A DNA stretch of 64,000 nt, taken from a virus. Both the position numbers and the translations under genes were made by a program. The notes beneath the pieces were generated by a model. The model had not been told where the DNA came from. It did no database searches and saw only the letters and a list, made by a program, of their open reading frames with translations. The number at the start of each line of letters is the position of its first letter. Positions within the stretch are counted from its first letter, which is position 1. This document shows, in pieces, positions 46,493 to 55,809 of the stretch. The stretch covers positions 17,288 through 81,287 of the IMG/VR virus record IMGVR_UViG_3300042090_002405; one strand, given 5' to 3'.

Positions 46493-47361
46493 CAGCGCCA
46501 AGCCTTCGCAATAGTCGCAGGTAATGCGGGTGCCGCCGAGGGCGCGGCTCGATGTCCGTGCGATCTCGATCCGCCCTTCTTTCGGGCCATGTGAACGACA
46601 CCCGCAACGAGTGCAACTCCGGCCAGCCCGATCCCCACCTTGGCCGGCGTGCTGAGATTGCGGAACTTGTCGAGCGCCGACGAAGCGGACGGTGGCACCG
46701 GGGAGGGAGCCGCTGCTGCCGTCGTGGGAGCAGCCGGCGGCGCCGGTGTTGCCGCTGCCGATGCATCGGGCGGGACGGGCGAGTCGGACGCCGGCGCCGC
46801 GCCGCTGGGAAACTGCGTCCCGAAATCGCTCGGGTGTGCCTGCGTCGTTGCGACCAAGGCCTGGACGGTGTTCGGATCGAGGTTGCCGTCCGTGGGAAGG
46901 GTTCCCCCCGAGTTCGCGTTGTACCAGCCTTGAAAGCAGGAGACCGCCGCTTGCAGATTTGTCCCCGGATCTTGCCAGCTAGGACAAGTTGTCCCCGTCG
47001 CCGCGCCGATGAGGGTGTTCAGCGACGTCAGCGTAGCGACGACCCATGCTTGTTGGTCGCTCGTCAGCGCGGGCGCGTCGGCGAGAGAAAAGCCACGCAC
47101 GCATCCGCCGCCGTACCAAACCGGCTCTTCCCCGCCGCACCCCCGCCCGCCGTACTCCGCGGGCCCTCCGGACCACCTCGCCGGGTTTCTGGCCCAGCGC
47201 GGGATCGGTCCGTAGCAGTCGACGCACGACGGCTTCCGTACGGGAAGGACGTTGCGCGACCACCAACAGTCAGCCGCGCGGATCCCCTCGTCTGTAGGCC
47301 CCTGGATAGGATAGTCCCGCACGAAATCATATCGGCCGGACGCTTGCGCGGGGGTAGTCAC
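46492..47361 (-). CDS. PGBD-like, C-terminally anchored virion membrane protein
   Basis: FQGWYN...LPTDGNLDPNT; Pro/Ala linker; TM plus basic tail. Confidence 0.65.
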   Translation of the reverse strand: MTTPAQASGRYDFVRDYPIQGPTDEGIRAADCWWSRNVLPVRKPSCVDCYGPIPRWARNPARWSGGPAEYGGRGCGGEEPVWYGGGCVRGFSLADAPALTSDQQAWVVATLTSLNTLIGAATGTTCPSWQDPGTNLQAAVSCFQGWYNANSGGTLPTDGNLDPNTVQALVATTQAHPSDFGTQFPSGAAPASDSPVPPDASAAATPAPPAAPTTAAAAPSPVPPSASSALDKFRNLSTPAKVGIGLAGVALVAGVVHMARKKGGSRSHGHRAAPSAAPALPATIAKAWR

Positions 47362-47612
47362 GGGAACCTCACGGGCCAGCGCATCGCCGGCGGAGTCGGA
47401 AGAGGGGGGCCGCTGAGCGCGCCGCCGTACGTGGGGCTCTTCTGCATGTTGGCGAGCGCTCCCATCAGAAACGCTCCGAGGACACCTCCGACGAGCGCAC
47501 CGCTGATAGGGCTCTTGCCTTGCCGGGCGGCGTACTCGACTCCAGCGTAGGCGCCGAGGCCGGCAATCGCTGCCGTGCTAACACCGCCCCCGATAGCGCG
47601 TAACAAACTCAT
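47358..47612 (-). CDS. Small Gly-rich two-TM protein
   Basis: Glycine-zipper-like helices. Confidence 0.6.
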   Translation of the reverse strand: MSLLRAIGGGVSTAAIAGLGAYAGVEYAARQGKSPISGALVGGVLGAFLMGALANMQKSPTYGGALSGPPLPTPPAMRWPVRFP

Positions 47613-47620
47613 GGTGTCTC

Positions 47621-48586
47621 CTAGGGGATGGTCCTCGGGTTGATGCCGGCGAAGCCGACGAGATTGTCTTGAGGAAGGTTCTCGTCGAAGGCCATGGCCC
47701 CATAGATCGAGCCGTACTGGGCGAAGTCGCTATACGCGACGAGGAATTTGTCTTCTTCCGATAGCGCGGCGAACTGCTGAAGTTGAAGAGGTGTGGCGTT
47801 CAGAAACGAGGGGTTCGTCGTCGGATCGTTCTGCCTGACGCTGGCGAAAAAAACGACGTCGCACGGCACCGGAATAGGGATATCGAGCAACCGCTCGGAC
47901 TGATCTGTTCGCCCGCGATACCGGAGATCGTGGATGTTGCCGAGCGAAGCCGCCATCGGTACGCCCCAAGGCCTTCCCCCGTTGGGCGGCGTGTACGCGG
48001 TCGGCGCGAAGGGCGGACCCGCGAAGGTCTCGTAGAGGAGAGCCGGCGAAAGGGCGTCCTCGTAAATCAGCCCGTCGGTGTTTGCAGGATTGCGGGTGTC
48101 CCTGCGGGACCGATTGATCACCATAACGTGCCAGGAGATGTTGCCGCCGGGCGGGTGCCACAGCGGGTTTTTGATCTCCTTGCGAAACGTGACGGTACTC
48201 CCGACGGGCGGACCCGGAGGGGGCGGAGGAGGCAACTCACTGTTCGGCGTGAGGGGATCTGTCCCCGACGGGAGCCGCGCAACCATCTCGACGTACTGCC
48301 GAATTCCGACGAGCCGCACGCCGACCTCGGCGGATCCGAACGTCGCACGGGCGAGGATGAAGAGATACCGGCCCCCGAGCGCCGCCGTTGGGGTCGAAGG
48401 GACAACGAGCCCCGTGTACGCGTTCGTCTGGTACGGATCACTTCCGATGAAGCCAAATTCGGGGTTGGGCCCCGCCGTGATGAGCTCGTAACGACCACGC
48501 GCGAGCGGCTGACGGATCCCTTCGCCGACCCCGCCGGGCCAAGTGCGGAGTTCGAGGATCTTGTCGCTACGGGCGTGAGAGGACAT
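47621..48586 (-). CDS. Putative minor capsid/penton protein
   Basis: Beta-rich (LVGIRQYV, LDIPIPVPCDVVFFASVRQ), downstream of the capsid pair. Confidence 0.45.
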   Translation of the reverse strand: MSSHARSDKILELRTWPGGVGEGIRQPLARGRYELITAGPNPEFGFIGSDPYQTNAYTGLVVPSTPTAALGGRYLFILARATFGSAEVGVRLVGIRQYVEMVARLPSGTDPLTPNSELPPPPPPGPPVGSTVTFRKEIKNPLWHPPGGNISWHVMVINRSRRDTRNPANTDGLIYEDALSPALLYETFAGPPFAPTAYTPPNGGRPWGVPMAASLGNIHDLRYRGRTDQSERLLDIPIPVPCDVVFFASVRQNDPTTNPSFLNATPLQLQQFAALSEEDKFLVAYSDFAQYGSIYGAMAFDENLPQDNLVGFAGINPRTIP

Positions 48587-49797
48587 TACGCCGGCTTCTT
48601 TCCGCGTGCGAGCAGGCGGCACAGGTGCGTGGTCGACACACCGACCTGCTCGGCGATCACGCGCAGACTCGATCCTGCGTCACGCATTGCGTGCGCGCGA
48701 TCGAGCACCTCTGACGATACGGCCGATTGTCGCGTGCGCCGAACAACACGATCGAGAAGGTTGAAGCGAAGAAGGTTCACGGGGCGCGCGGCGGATTCGC
48801 GGGCTTCCTTCGAACGTCGTAGGGCCTCTTTTATCTTCAGACCCTTGGCGCGACTGCGCTCGGCGAGTGCTTCGGGCGACAGCTTCGCCTTAGCTGCAAG
48901 CGCGCCCTCTTTTGTCCTGCGCACGCGTTCGACACGTGCTTCCGGCGTCATGGCGGCCCATCCCTTTTTCGTAGCCGCGCTGTATTCCTCTGACGATTTT
49001 GTCAGTACCTTTTTCCCACCTGTGCTGCCGTATAGCTCTCTGCGGATGGCCCATGTCTTCTGAGCCGCCTCTCTACGCTGCTCCGTCGTCTGACTCTCAC
49101 GCATACGTTGTCTGGTTTCAGGGCCCAATGAGTCCAGCCGACTTTTTCGGGCCTTCTCGACTCTCTCCGTACGCGCTTCGGGCGTCATGCTTGACCATTG
49201 TTTGCGCACACGTTCGCTCTTCTGCTCAGGCGACATGCCGGACAATTGGTGCTTAACCCTGTTGCTCTTCTCGACAGAAGAGAACTGCGACCAAAACGCT
49301 TTTTGGCCCGCGGAGAAGGATGCGCCGGCCTCCTCTGATTTTAGCCATTTCAGATGACGAGACAGACGCTCGGGCGACCACGCATGAATGTTCTTCCGGA
49401 AGTATGCGACACGTTCTTCGGGAGTCATCGCCTGAATACGCCTCTTCGACATATCGCCGATTAGACGTTTGCTTTCTGCGTGGTGATGCCCGTTGCCCCC
49501 GCCTCCCGAGGAGAGATTGTACCCGTGCGGTGTGCGCGTTCGTCTCTGTTCAATCCATCGAGCTTCGGCGATGTCCACTCCCTCTTGAGTGGTTACGACG
49601 TCGAGTAACTCATGGACAAAGGCCGCCGCACCGTATTTGCGAATCGCGGCGCTCAGAAGACGAGCGCCGCCCTTGTTACGCTTGGCGGCGTTGACGTGTT
49701 CTTTCCAGCGACCTTCGACCGTATGCACAGTCTGTCCGACGTAGCGTTTTCCATTCACCGTATTGGTGTGGATATAGATATGGAATCTGGGCCTCAT
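48586..49797 (-). CDS. GIY-YIG homing endonuclease with NUMOD-like repeats and a C-terminal HTH
   Basis: HIYIHTNTVNGKRYVGQT..RWKEH..AIRKYG..E..GYNL; MTPEAR repeats; SLRVIAEQVGVSTTHL. Confidence 0.9.
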   Translation of the reverse strand: MRPRFHIYIHTNTVNGKRYVGQTVHTVEGRWKEHVNAAKRNKGGARLLSAAIRKYGAAAFVHELLDVVTTQEGVDIAEARWIEQRRTRTPHGYNLSSGGGGNGHHHAESKRLIGDMSKRRIQAMTPEERVAYFRKNIHAWSPERLSRHLKWLKSEEAGASFSAGQKAFWSQFSSVEKSNRVKHQLSGMSPEQKSERVRKQWSSMTPEARTERVEKARKSRLDSLGPETRQRMRESQTTEQRREAAQKTWAIRRELYGSTGGKKVLTKSSEEYSAATKKGWAAMTPEARVERVRRTKEGALAAKAKLSPEALAERSRAKGLKIKEALRRSKEARESAARPVNLLRFNLLDRVVRRTRQSAVSSEVLDRAHAMRDAGSSLRVIAEQVGVSTTHLCRLLARGKKPA

Positions 49798-50396
49798 TGC
49801 GCGATCATCAGAACTGAAAGATCTGGAGACTCAATCCCAAGTTTGCGCAAACGGCATCGACATTCCGCATCACTGAGATCGGAGACGCTCTTGTCCAACA
49901 ACTGTTGGCCCAAAAATGTGAGCGTTACATTGAACGGTACGCTCACCGGAGTTTGTGTGAGAATAGCGCTCACCTTAACATTAGATTGCTTCAATAGAGG
50001 CCAGCCATTCGGCCACGCCAATGCGATTACATCGAACAGATTACCCAAATCTGTAAAGTCATCGTTTATCGAATATTTAGGGCCGCCATATACATCCAAC
50101 TGAATCCCAACGCCAGTTTGACCCGATTGCTTCAACTGGTTGAAGTACAGCGATTGAAACGGCGACCCGGGAAACGAGTTCTGCTGAAACAGGTTGTACG
50201 ATACACGCTGAATCAGCGTGTCCTGCGTCAGGTTATTGTCGAACGATCCGACAATCGGTGGTGCGTTGACAACCGACGAGGAGAACTGGATCGGGACGTC
50301 GACCACGAACGGGACGATCGGAACGCCGACGACCAACCCGTAAGCTAGTTTAGGAGCCCACAAGGCGAGCTCACGAATATTTGGCTTCGGTTCCAT
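49794..50396 (-). CDS. Putative small single-jelly-roll major capsid protein
   Basis: 200 aa, all-beta pattern, WPLLKQSNVKVSA...VTLTFLG C-terminus; follows the larger capsid candidate. Confidence 0.55.
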   Translation of the reverse strand: MEPKPNIRELALWAPKLAYGLVVGVPIVPFVVDVPIQFSSSVVNAPPIVGSFDNNLTQDTLIQRVSYNLFQQNSFPGSPFQSLYFNQLKQSGQTGVGIQLDVYGGPKYSINDDFTDLGNLFDVIALAWPNGWPLLKQSNVKVSAILTQTPVSVPFNVTLTFLGQQLLDKSVSDLSDAECRCRLRKLGIESPDLSVLMIAQ

Positions 50397-50425
50397 CGTC
50401 AGGTTCTCCTCAAGCGCACTCTACC

Positions 50426-50468
50426 AAAATGAAAACGGGCGACGCAGCGTTTTCCGCCACGCCGCCCG
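50426..50468 (-). terminator. Intrinsic terminator after the large capsid candidate
   Basis: CGGGCGGCGTGGCG-GAAAA-CGCTGCGTCGCCCG then TTTTCATTTT. Confidence 0.75.
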
Positions 50469-50501
50469 GCTCAACTCCTGAACGTTCGGATCGGTTTTCG
50501 A

Positions 50502-51851
50502 TCAGCCGGCCGACTGAGGCGCCATGATCGTCGGCAGGTTGGTCTGGCAGTACGCCTTCCACCCGCCGGGCATCTCCCAGCCCTTCAGCTTGATCGCGAG
50601 CTTCAGCACACCGCCCTTGAAGACCTCGCGGCAGGTGTTGACGTCCTGCCGAACGAGACCGGGGACGGTATCGAGCGTTTGCTCGAGCATCTGGTTCTGA
50701 ATTCCGGCAGTGAGCGGGGACGTCGGCACCGAGTTGGAGCTAGAGGCCGAAATCCCCGTGTTGCACGTGAGGTTCACGTCCGCACTAATGTTCGTGCCGA
50801 GAGGCTCGTTTGTGATCGTGAGGGCCTCGAGCATGGATGCCTGGTGCACGGCGTCCTGCGCGACGAAGAGCATCCCGATGGGGATACCGCGCTCGAGGAA
50901 GCACGGGCTCTCCACGGGGCGATACATCTGCCCGCGGCACCCGTACCCCTGCCACCGGAGACCGCCCCAAGTGACCGGCGCGAGATCGTAGTCGCGGGTC
51001 GGGTGGAAGATGCCGACGTTCAGCACATTGGCAGGCGCCGTGGCGTTTCCGCTGTAGCCGACGCTGCCGACGCGGCGATGCGTGACCGGCAAGAAGATCG
51101 TGCCGGATCCCTTTGCGCGGTAGTTCGCGTTGACCTGCGCCACGTACTCGATCACGGGGACCTCGGACGTGCCGGACGCCATGGCGTCCGCGAACGAGCC
51201 GAAGTAGGAGACGTCCGCGGCGAGCTCGTTCAGCACGAGTTCCCTCTGCGACGTCTTCCATTGGAACTGGTAGGCGTTGATGAAGTTCCACCCCGCGCGC
51301 CACACTTCCGAGCCCCACGCGAGATCAGCCGGCGTGAGGACGGTCCCGGCAAACGTACCGACCGGGGGGATCCCCGTTCCGGTGTTGCCACCGAGGGCAC
51401 CGCCAATCTGATCATTGAGCGTGAAGACATCCGGCGAAGGGGGAGGCGTCGTCGTCGTGGCGGGTGCCGCGAAGGCGTTGCCGATCGTCGAGAAGCTCAT
51501 CGGCTCGCAGAACACGTGCACGCCTACGCCCTGCGTGAGGATGTCCGTCTGGAGAATGCCGTTGATCAGGAACGTGCTGTCGATGCTCTGGACGCCCGGG
51601 ACAGACGAAGAGCCCGACAACAGATTGACCGTGTCGCCGAAGGTCGCGGTTGCTTCCTCGATCGTGAGCGGCAAGGGGATCGTCCACACGACCTCCTCGA
51701 TCACGGGAATATTGCCGAAGGAGCAACGAAGGCACTTCTCCGCAGCGCCGAGAGTCCCGGGGGCTTCCCCGAGACCAAACGGCACGCGGCGCACCTTCTC
51801 GCGATCCTGACCCCACTTCGCGGACTTTTTACCGATAATGGAACGTGACAT
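50502..51851 (-). CDS. Putative large jelly-roll major capsid protein
   Basis: STFLINGILQTDILTQGVGVHV, YRPVESPCFLERGIPIGMLF, LKLAIKLKGWE; strongly GC3-biased codons and its own terminator. Confidence 0.55.
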   Translation of the reverse strand: MSRSIIGKKSAKWGQDREKVRRVPFGLGEAPGTLGAAEKCLRCSFGNIPVIEEVVWTIPLPLTIEEATATFGDTVNLLSGSSSVPGVQSIDSTFLINGILQTDILTQGVGVHVFCEPMSFSTIGNAFAAPATTTTPPPSPDVFTLNDQIGGALGGNTGTGIPPVGTFAGTVLTPADLAWGSEVWRAGWNFINAYQFQWKTSQRELVLNELAADVSYFGSFADAMASGTSEVPVIEYVAQVNANYRAKGSGTIFLPVTHRRVGSVGYSGNATAPANVLNVGIFHPTRDYDLAPVTWGGLRWQGYGCRGQMYRPVESPCFLERGIPIGMLFVAQDAVHQASMLEALTITNEPLGTNISADVNLTCNTGISASSSNSVPTSPLTAGIQNQMLEQTLDTVPGLVRQDVNTCREVFKGGVLKLAIKLKGWEMPGGWKAYCQTNLPTIMAPQSAG

Positions 51852-51953
51852 GACGATCTCTCTTTTCGTGTGCCCGCCGTTTCACAGGGCCGACGCAGGC
51901 GTTCTTTGTTGAACTTCTTTCGTTCTTCCGCTTCCGCTCGTTCGTCTAGTCTC

Positions 51954-54059
51954 TCAAGAGAGGACGAGAGAGTCCTTTTCCTCGTCGCCGATGAAGCCGA
52001 GGAAGCTGTTGTTTTCGCCGACGCAACCGCAGCCTTCACCGCCCGCGGAGTTCATGGGGACGGGGCCAGGGCCTGGTGTTGCGGGAGGGCCGGGTGAATA
52101 GGTCGGCGGCCCGACTGGATTTGCCGGAGGCGGGGCGGTCGGGAGTGCTCCGTCGCCTGCTGCCGGCGGTGCAGCGGAAGCATCGGCCGGCGGGGGCTCC
52201 CCTCCACCGCCACCATCAGCCGGCGCATCGCTAACGCCACCCTGGATGGGGGGTGCGGGAGGCGCAACCGGAGAAGCGGGGGACTCGTAGAGGTACGGGT
52301 AGTGCCCATACGGATGGGCAAGACACCACGCGTGGAGCTGCGCATCCGTGTACGTCGGGTACAGACCCTTCGCGCGCGCCATGCAGTGGTGATGGTGGTG
52401 CTTGTGGTGTGGCGCCGTACCGGGCGCACTCGGGATGGCGTAAGGAGTGTTGAATCCAGCGCGCGACCAACGGTTGCTCAAGTTCGCGAAGTGCGCGACC
52501 CCGCCGGGCCTGTACATCGGATGGGAGAACTGAAACCGCGACGCTCCGGGAGGGGCAGGACGGCGGACATAACCGAGTCCGGCTTCATGACGGAGGGCCT
52601 GAGCAGCAGACGGGTAATTCTCGTTGTCGCTCACCCCGGCTTGTCGCCGAAAAACCTGAACCGCATCGGGGTAGGGCGAATCACCACCGAGGGCTAGAGG
52701 GCCGACATCGCCAATCGGAGCGGACGAAAGGGCCCCGAAAGACTGTCCACTCGCGGACGTTGTGGCGGAATCGAGATTCAGCTTCGCGGCCACTTCCGAG
52801 GGATACAGACGCGCGATGACGCTTCCCTGCAAAGCAGAGGTATCTTTCGGCGCGAGCATCGGGACAACCACGTTCGTCCAAAGCGTCGTGAACGCCTTCA
52901 CCCCCGCGCCAAGAGCCACGGCTTCAAGAGAAGCCTTCAGGTAATGGTTCTTGACATGCCCCGATGCAATCGCGGGAACGACGATCGCACCAGCCAGCGC
53001 GAGAGCGCGGTGCAGATGCGGGGGCGATGCGACGTTGAGGGCGTTGGCCATGGTACCAGCGCCGTCGGACGTGAACTTGTTCGTGGGCTTCTCGTCTCCC
53101 GCGGGGTTATAGGTTGCAAGATACCGATCGAGCGCATCGGACAACGAGTAACCAATGCCGATCGACACGGCCGAGATGGCGAGTCTTCCGACTGACTTGA
53201 CCGCTCCGCCGATGCCGGCGCGTGCGTAGTGACGGCGCGTCGCACGAACGCGACGAGCGGGCGTCCGAACAGCGTGCACCCGGCGACGACGCGACCGCAC
53301 CCGACGGCTCGGGGCCTGCACCAAGATCTCACGTACGCGCGTGCGCGTCCGCGTACGAACCTTGTTCGCGCTCGCCCTACGGTGTCGGCGACGTGCGCGG
53401 ACCACCGAAGTAGCCGCATGCACCCGACGACGCCGACGCGCCATCACCCGACGCGGAGCAGCAGCTCGAACCCGCGCACGAACCCGACGCCGCCGACGCG
53501 CTACCGGAGCGGCGGCGCGCACCCTGCGTCGTGCTCGCGCCCGAACAACCGTGGACGCACGCACCTTGCGCGCCGCACGGGCTTTCCGGTGACGCTTGCG
53601 CGCACGCACGACCGGCGTAGCTGCGTGCACTCGACGACGACGGGTGGAGCGGACCTTCTTCGAGCTGCGAGCGCGATGCTTGACGACCATGTGATCCTCT
53701 TCTCGTGCGATGACGGCCTGAATTCCTCGGCCAAACAGGATGGTCCGGAAGGTTTTTAGGCCCCTTGGAGAGAACTGCCGGAGGCGAATGTGCTGATCGG
53801 TCGTGTGCACCTTGCCGTGGTGGTAGCCGTGAGCTTTCGCCCAGGCCTTTGCGGCGGAAGGTGTCCACTGTTGTCGGTCGAACAGGAGCGACTGAACGTC
53901 CGCGCGCGGATGTGACGCGGGGGCCGCACGGGTGACACGACGGCGGAACGCGCCGGCAGCGACCCGACGGGACGCAGCACGACTACGGCGTGCAGAGACG
54001 CCACGCTCTTCTTGCGTTTCCTCTTCATACCGAGCGAGCCGGTCGTCATAGAGACCCAT
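51954..54059 (-). CDS. Arg-rich DNA-condensing core-like protein with TM segments and a Pro-rich tail
   Basis: About 155 aa of RRV[RH]A repeats; N-terminal VQSLLFD..W...AKAWAKAHGY...IRLRQF.P domain. Confidence 0.7.
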   Translation of the reverse strand: MGLYDDRLARYEEETQEERGVSARRSRAASRRVAAGAFRRRVTRAAPASHPRADVQSLLFDRQQWTPSAAKAWAKAHGYHHGKVHTTDQHIRLRQFSPRGLKTFRTILFGRGIQAVIAREEDHMVVKHRARSSKKVRSTRRRRVHAATPVVRARKRHRKARAARKVRASTVVRARARRRVRAAAPVARRRRRVRARVRAAAPRRVMARRRRRVHAATSVVRARRRHRRASANKVRTRTRTRVREILVQAPSRRVRSRRRRVHAVRTPARRVRATRRHYARAGIGGAVKSVGRLAISAVSIGIGYSLSDALDRYLATYNPAGDEKPTNKFTSDGAGTMANALNVASPPHLHRALALAGAIVVPAIASGHVKNHYLKASLEAVALGAGVKAFTTLWTNVVVPMLAPKDTSALQGSVIARLYPSEVAAKLNLDSATTSASGQSFGALSSAPIGDVGPLALGGDSPYPDAVQVFRRQAGVSDNENYPSAAQALRHEAGLGYVRRPAPPGASRFQFSHPMYRPGGVAHFANLSNRWSRAGFNTPYAIPSAPGTAPHHKHHHHHCMARAKGLYPTYTDAQLHAWCLAHPYGHYPYLYESPASPVAPPAPPIQGGVSDAPADGGGGGEPPPADASAAPPAAGDGALPTAPPPANPVGPPTYSPGPPATPGPGPVPMNSAGGEGCGCVGENNSFLGFIGDEEKDSLVLS

Positions 54060-54329
54060 GCCACGACTCGACTAAGGTTTTCGGGGCGTCTTTGTCGCGT
54101 CAATCCTTATGTTTTCGGGCGGTCCGTGCGCGGTGCACGCGGAGTGATTAGGGTACGCGCCTGGCGTGCGCCGTCAGCCGGTAAGCTGTCGGGGAAAGCC
54201 GCGGATCCAAACCGTATAGTTCGTATGGGTCGGCTGTTAATGCGCCGCACGCAGACGGGCGGCAGACGATCGTCGGAATCGTTCCGTGTAGTCCGCCTCT
54301 TTCGAGAGAATTGTATTCCGGTTGTATTA

Positions 54330-54992
54330 CTACCGGATTCCGGGATACCGCAGACCCGGCGCGCTCATCGGGCTACCTGACACGCCGACATCCTTTTCGC
54401 TCATCCCGACGAAGTCACCGACGCCTTTTTCTTTGGCGTCTTTGCCGGGCTCCAGCCACCACTCGCGAAGATGCTGCGCGGTCTGACCCACGGGGTGATT
54501 TGTAGTGCCGTCCGTGCGCACCCAGTTGTCGAGCTCGTCCTGGAAGGCACAGAACACATGCGTGGGAACGTCGGCCGGTTCCTTGTGACTGCTCCCAATA
54601 ATCATCGCGGGGATCCCGATACTCATGTATGCCGCCGCAAGTAGTACGCTGTACTCGTCACAATCAATGCCCTTTATGCAAAGGCCTTTTTCTTTGTCGA
54701 GACACAGAATTTGATCGGGCGTTGCGATGAACTCCCCCATGAGAGGGTCGGCGACGTAGAAAGTTTGATTCCTCGCCGCATCCAAGATCGCTGTCACCTT
54801 TTGACGACGTCCTCCCTTCGCGGCGCCGGCCTTGTCGATCACCTGTGTCGTCCATGCACGAAGCCGGGGGGACATCCGCGCCTTCCATGCGCGATCGGCC
54901 GTCTCTTGAAGCGAGATCTTCGCGCCTCGTGCGCCGGCAGGATGAGACCTCGCATCAGTCTGGATCCCCTCGAGAGGTTTCTCTTGAATCAC
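54330..54992 (-). CDS. Transglutaminase-fold cysteine protease
   Basis: IDCDEYSVLLAA...IGIP (Cys), THVF (His), WVRTDGT (Asp). Confidence 0.8.
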   Translation of the reverse strand: MIQEKPLEGIQTDARSHPAGARGAKISLQETADRAWKARMSPRLRAWTTQVIDKAGAAKGGRRQKVTAILDAARNQTFYVADPLMGEFIATPDQILCLDKEKGLCIKGIDCDEYSVLLAAAYMSIGIPAMIIGSSHKEPADVPTHVFCAFQDELDNWVRTDGTTNHPVGQTAQHLREWWLEPGKDAKEKGVGDFVGMSEKDVGVSGSPMSAPGLRYPGIR

Positions 54993-55681
54993 GGATGATT
55001 CCCTTTCGTGGGCGTGGGGGGTTGCAGTGATCCGTACATCGCTTGAAGGGCAAGACGCGCGGAGTAGAGCGCGCTCTCAAGCGCATCTTGAATCTCGGCC
55101 CGCATCCCCGCAAAGTGCTCGGGCGATCGAAGTGCGAGATCAGCGGATAGTGCTTGCGCGCCCTTGATTGCCCAATCGGCGACATCTTTCGCGTACTGCG
55201 CATGCCACCCCGCATCGGCGTTCTCTGAAGAAAAGGCGGGGGACGCGGCCGCGATGATCTCCGCCGCCGTACGCGGAGCACACGACAAGAACTCCACGCC
55301 GTCCCTCTCGTCGAGGTCGCGCACTTGTTCGGCCGCGTCGTCGAGCGCTCGAAAGTGCGAGAGGATGACAGGTGCCATTTCCCCGAACGGGCTCGGCGTC
55401 ACGCCGTCCGCGTAAGGCAAGCTCGCGAAGTACGCCGGGGGGTAGAGGTTGTCGTCAGCGAACGCCGGATCGAACCATTTCTCAGGGAGGAAGAGCTCTT
55501 CGCCGACGCGGAGGTCGCGAAAGGTCACGAAGCCGTTGCGGTGCGCGACAGTATCCTTGTGGCCGTTGGCCCGGGTCAGATCGAACGAGGCGCACTTGGG
55601 GCAGCCGGCGTGCTCCTCCATCGCCGCGATCGATGCCGGAGTGTCCCCATCTCGAACTACGTACGTCCTCCGCATCCGCAT
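54989..55681 (-). CDS. LysM-domain protein
   Basis: TYVVRDGDTPASIA...LTRAN...LRVGEELFLP. Confidence 0.75.
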   Translation of the reverse strand: MRMRRTYVVRDGDTPASIAAMEEHAGCPKCASFDLTRANGHKDTVAHRNGFVTFRDLRVGEELFLPEKWFDPAFADDNLYPPAYFASLPYADGVTPSPFGEMAPVILSHFRALDDAAEQVRDLDERDGVEFLSCAPRTAAEIIAAASPAFSSENADAGWHAQYAKDVADWAIKGAQALSADLALRSPEHFAGMRAEIQDALESALYSARLALQAMYGSLQPPTPTKGNHP

Positions 55682-55693
55682 TCTTCGGGAAGA

Positions 55694-55809
55694 CTACGCG
55701 CACGCATGGCCCCCGTCTACGTCGTGGGCGCCATCGAGGCCGGCGTCGCCGATGTTGAAGTTGAAGGATGCTCGGTGTAATGGCGCGGGTGATTGATCGG
55801 ATCGCTCAT
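55694..55809 (-). pseudogene. DUF3310-family remnant with internal deletions
   Basis: MSDPINHPRHYTEHPS, then FNFNIGDAGL in another frame. Confidence 0.6.

Noticed and set aside
47783-49063. Long plus-strand ORFs opposite late genes (also 50679..51848, 30423..31400, 46552..47550)
   Set aside because: Antisense shadows expected from high GC3 codon bias
54060-54329. Small ORF or ncRNA upstream of the core gene
   Set aside because: Only weak promoter-like hexamers; no supportable structure or coding signal
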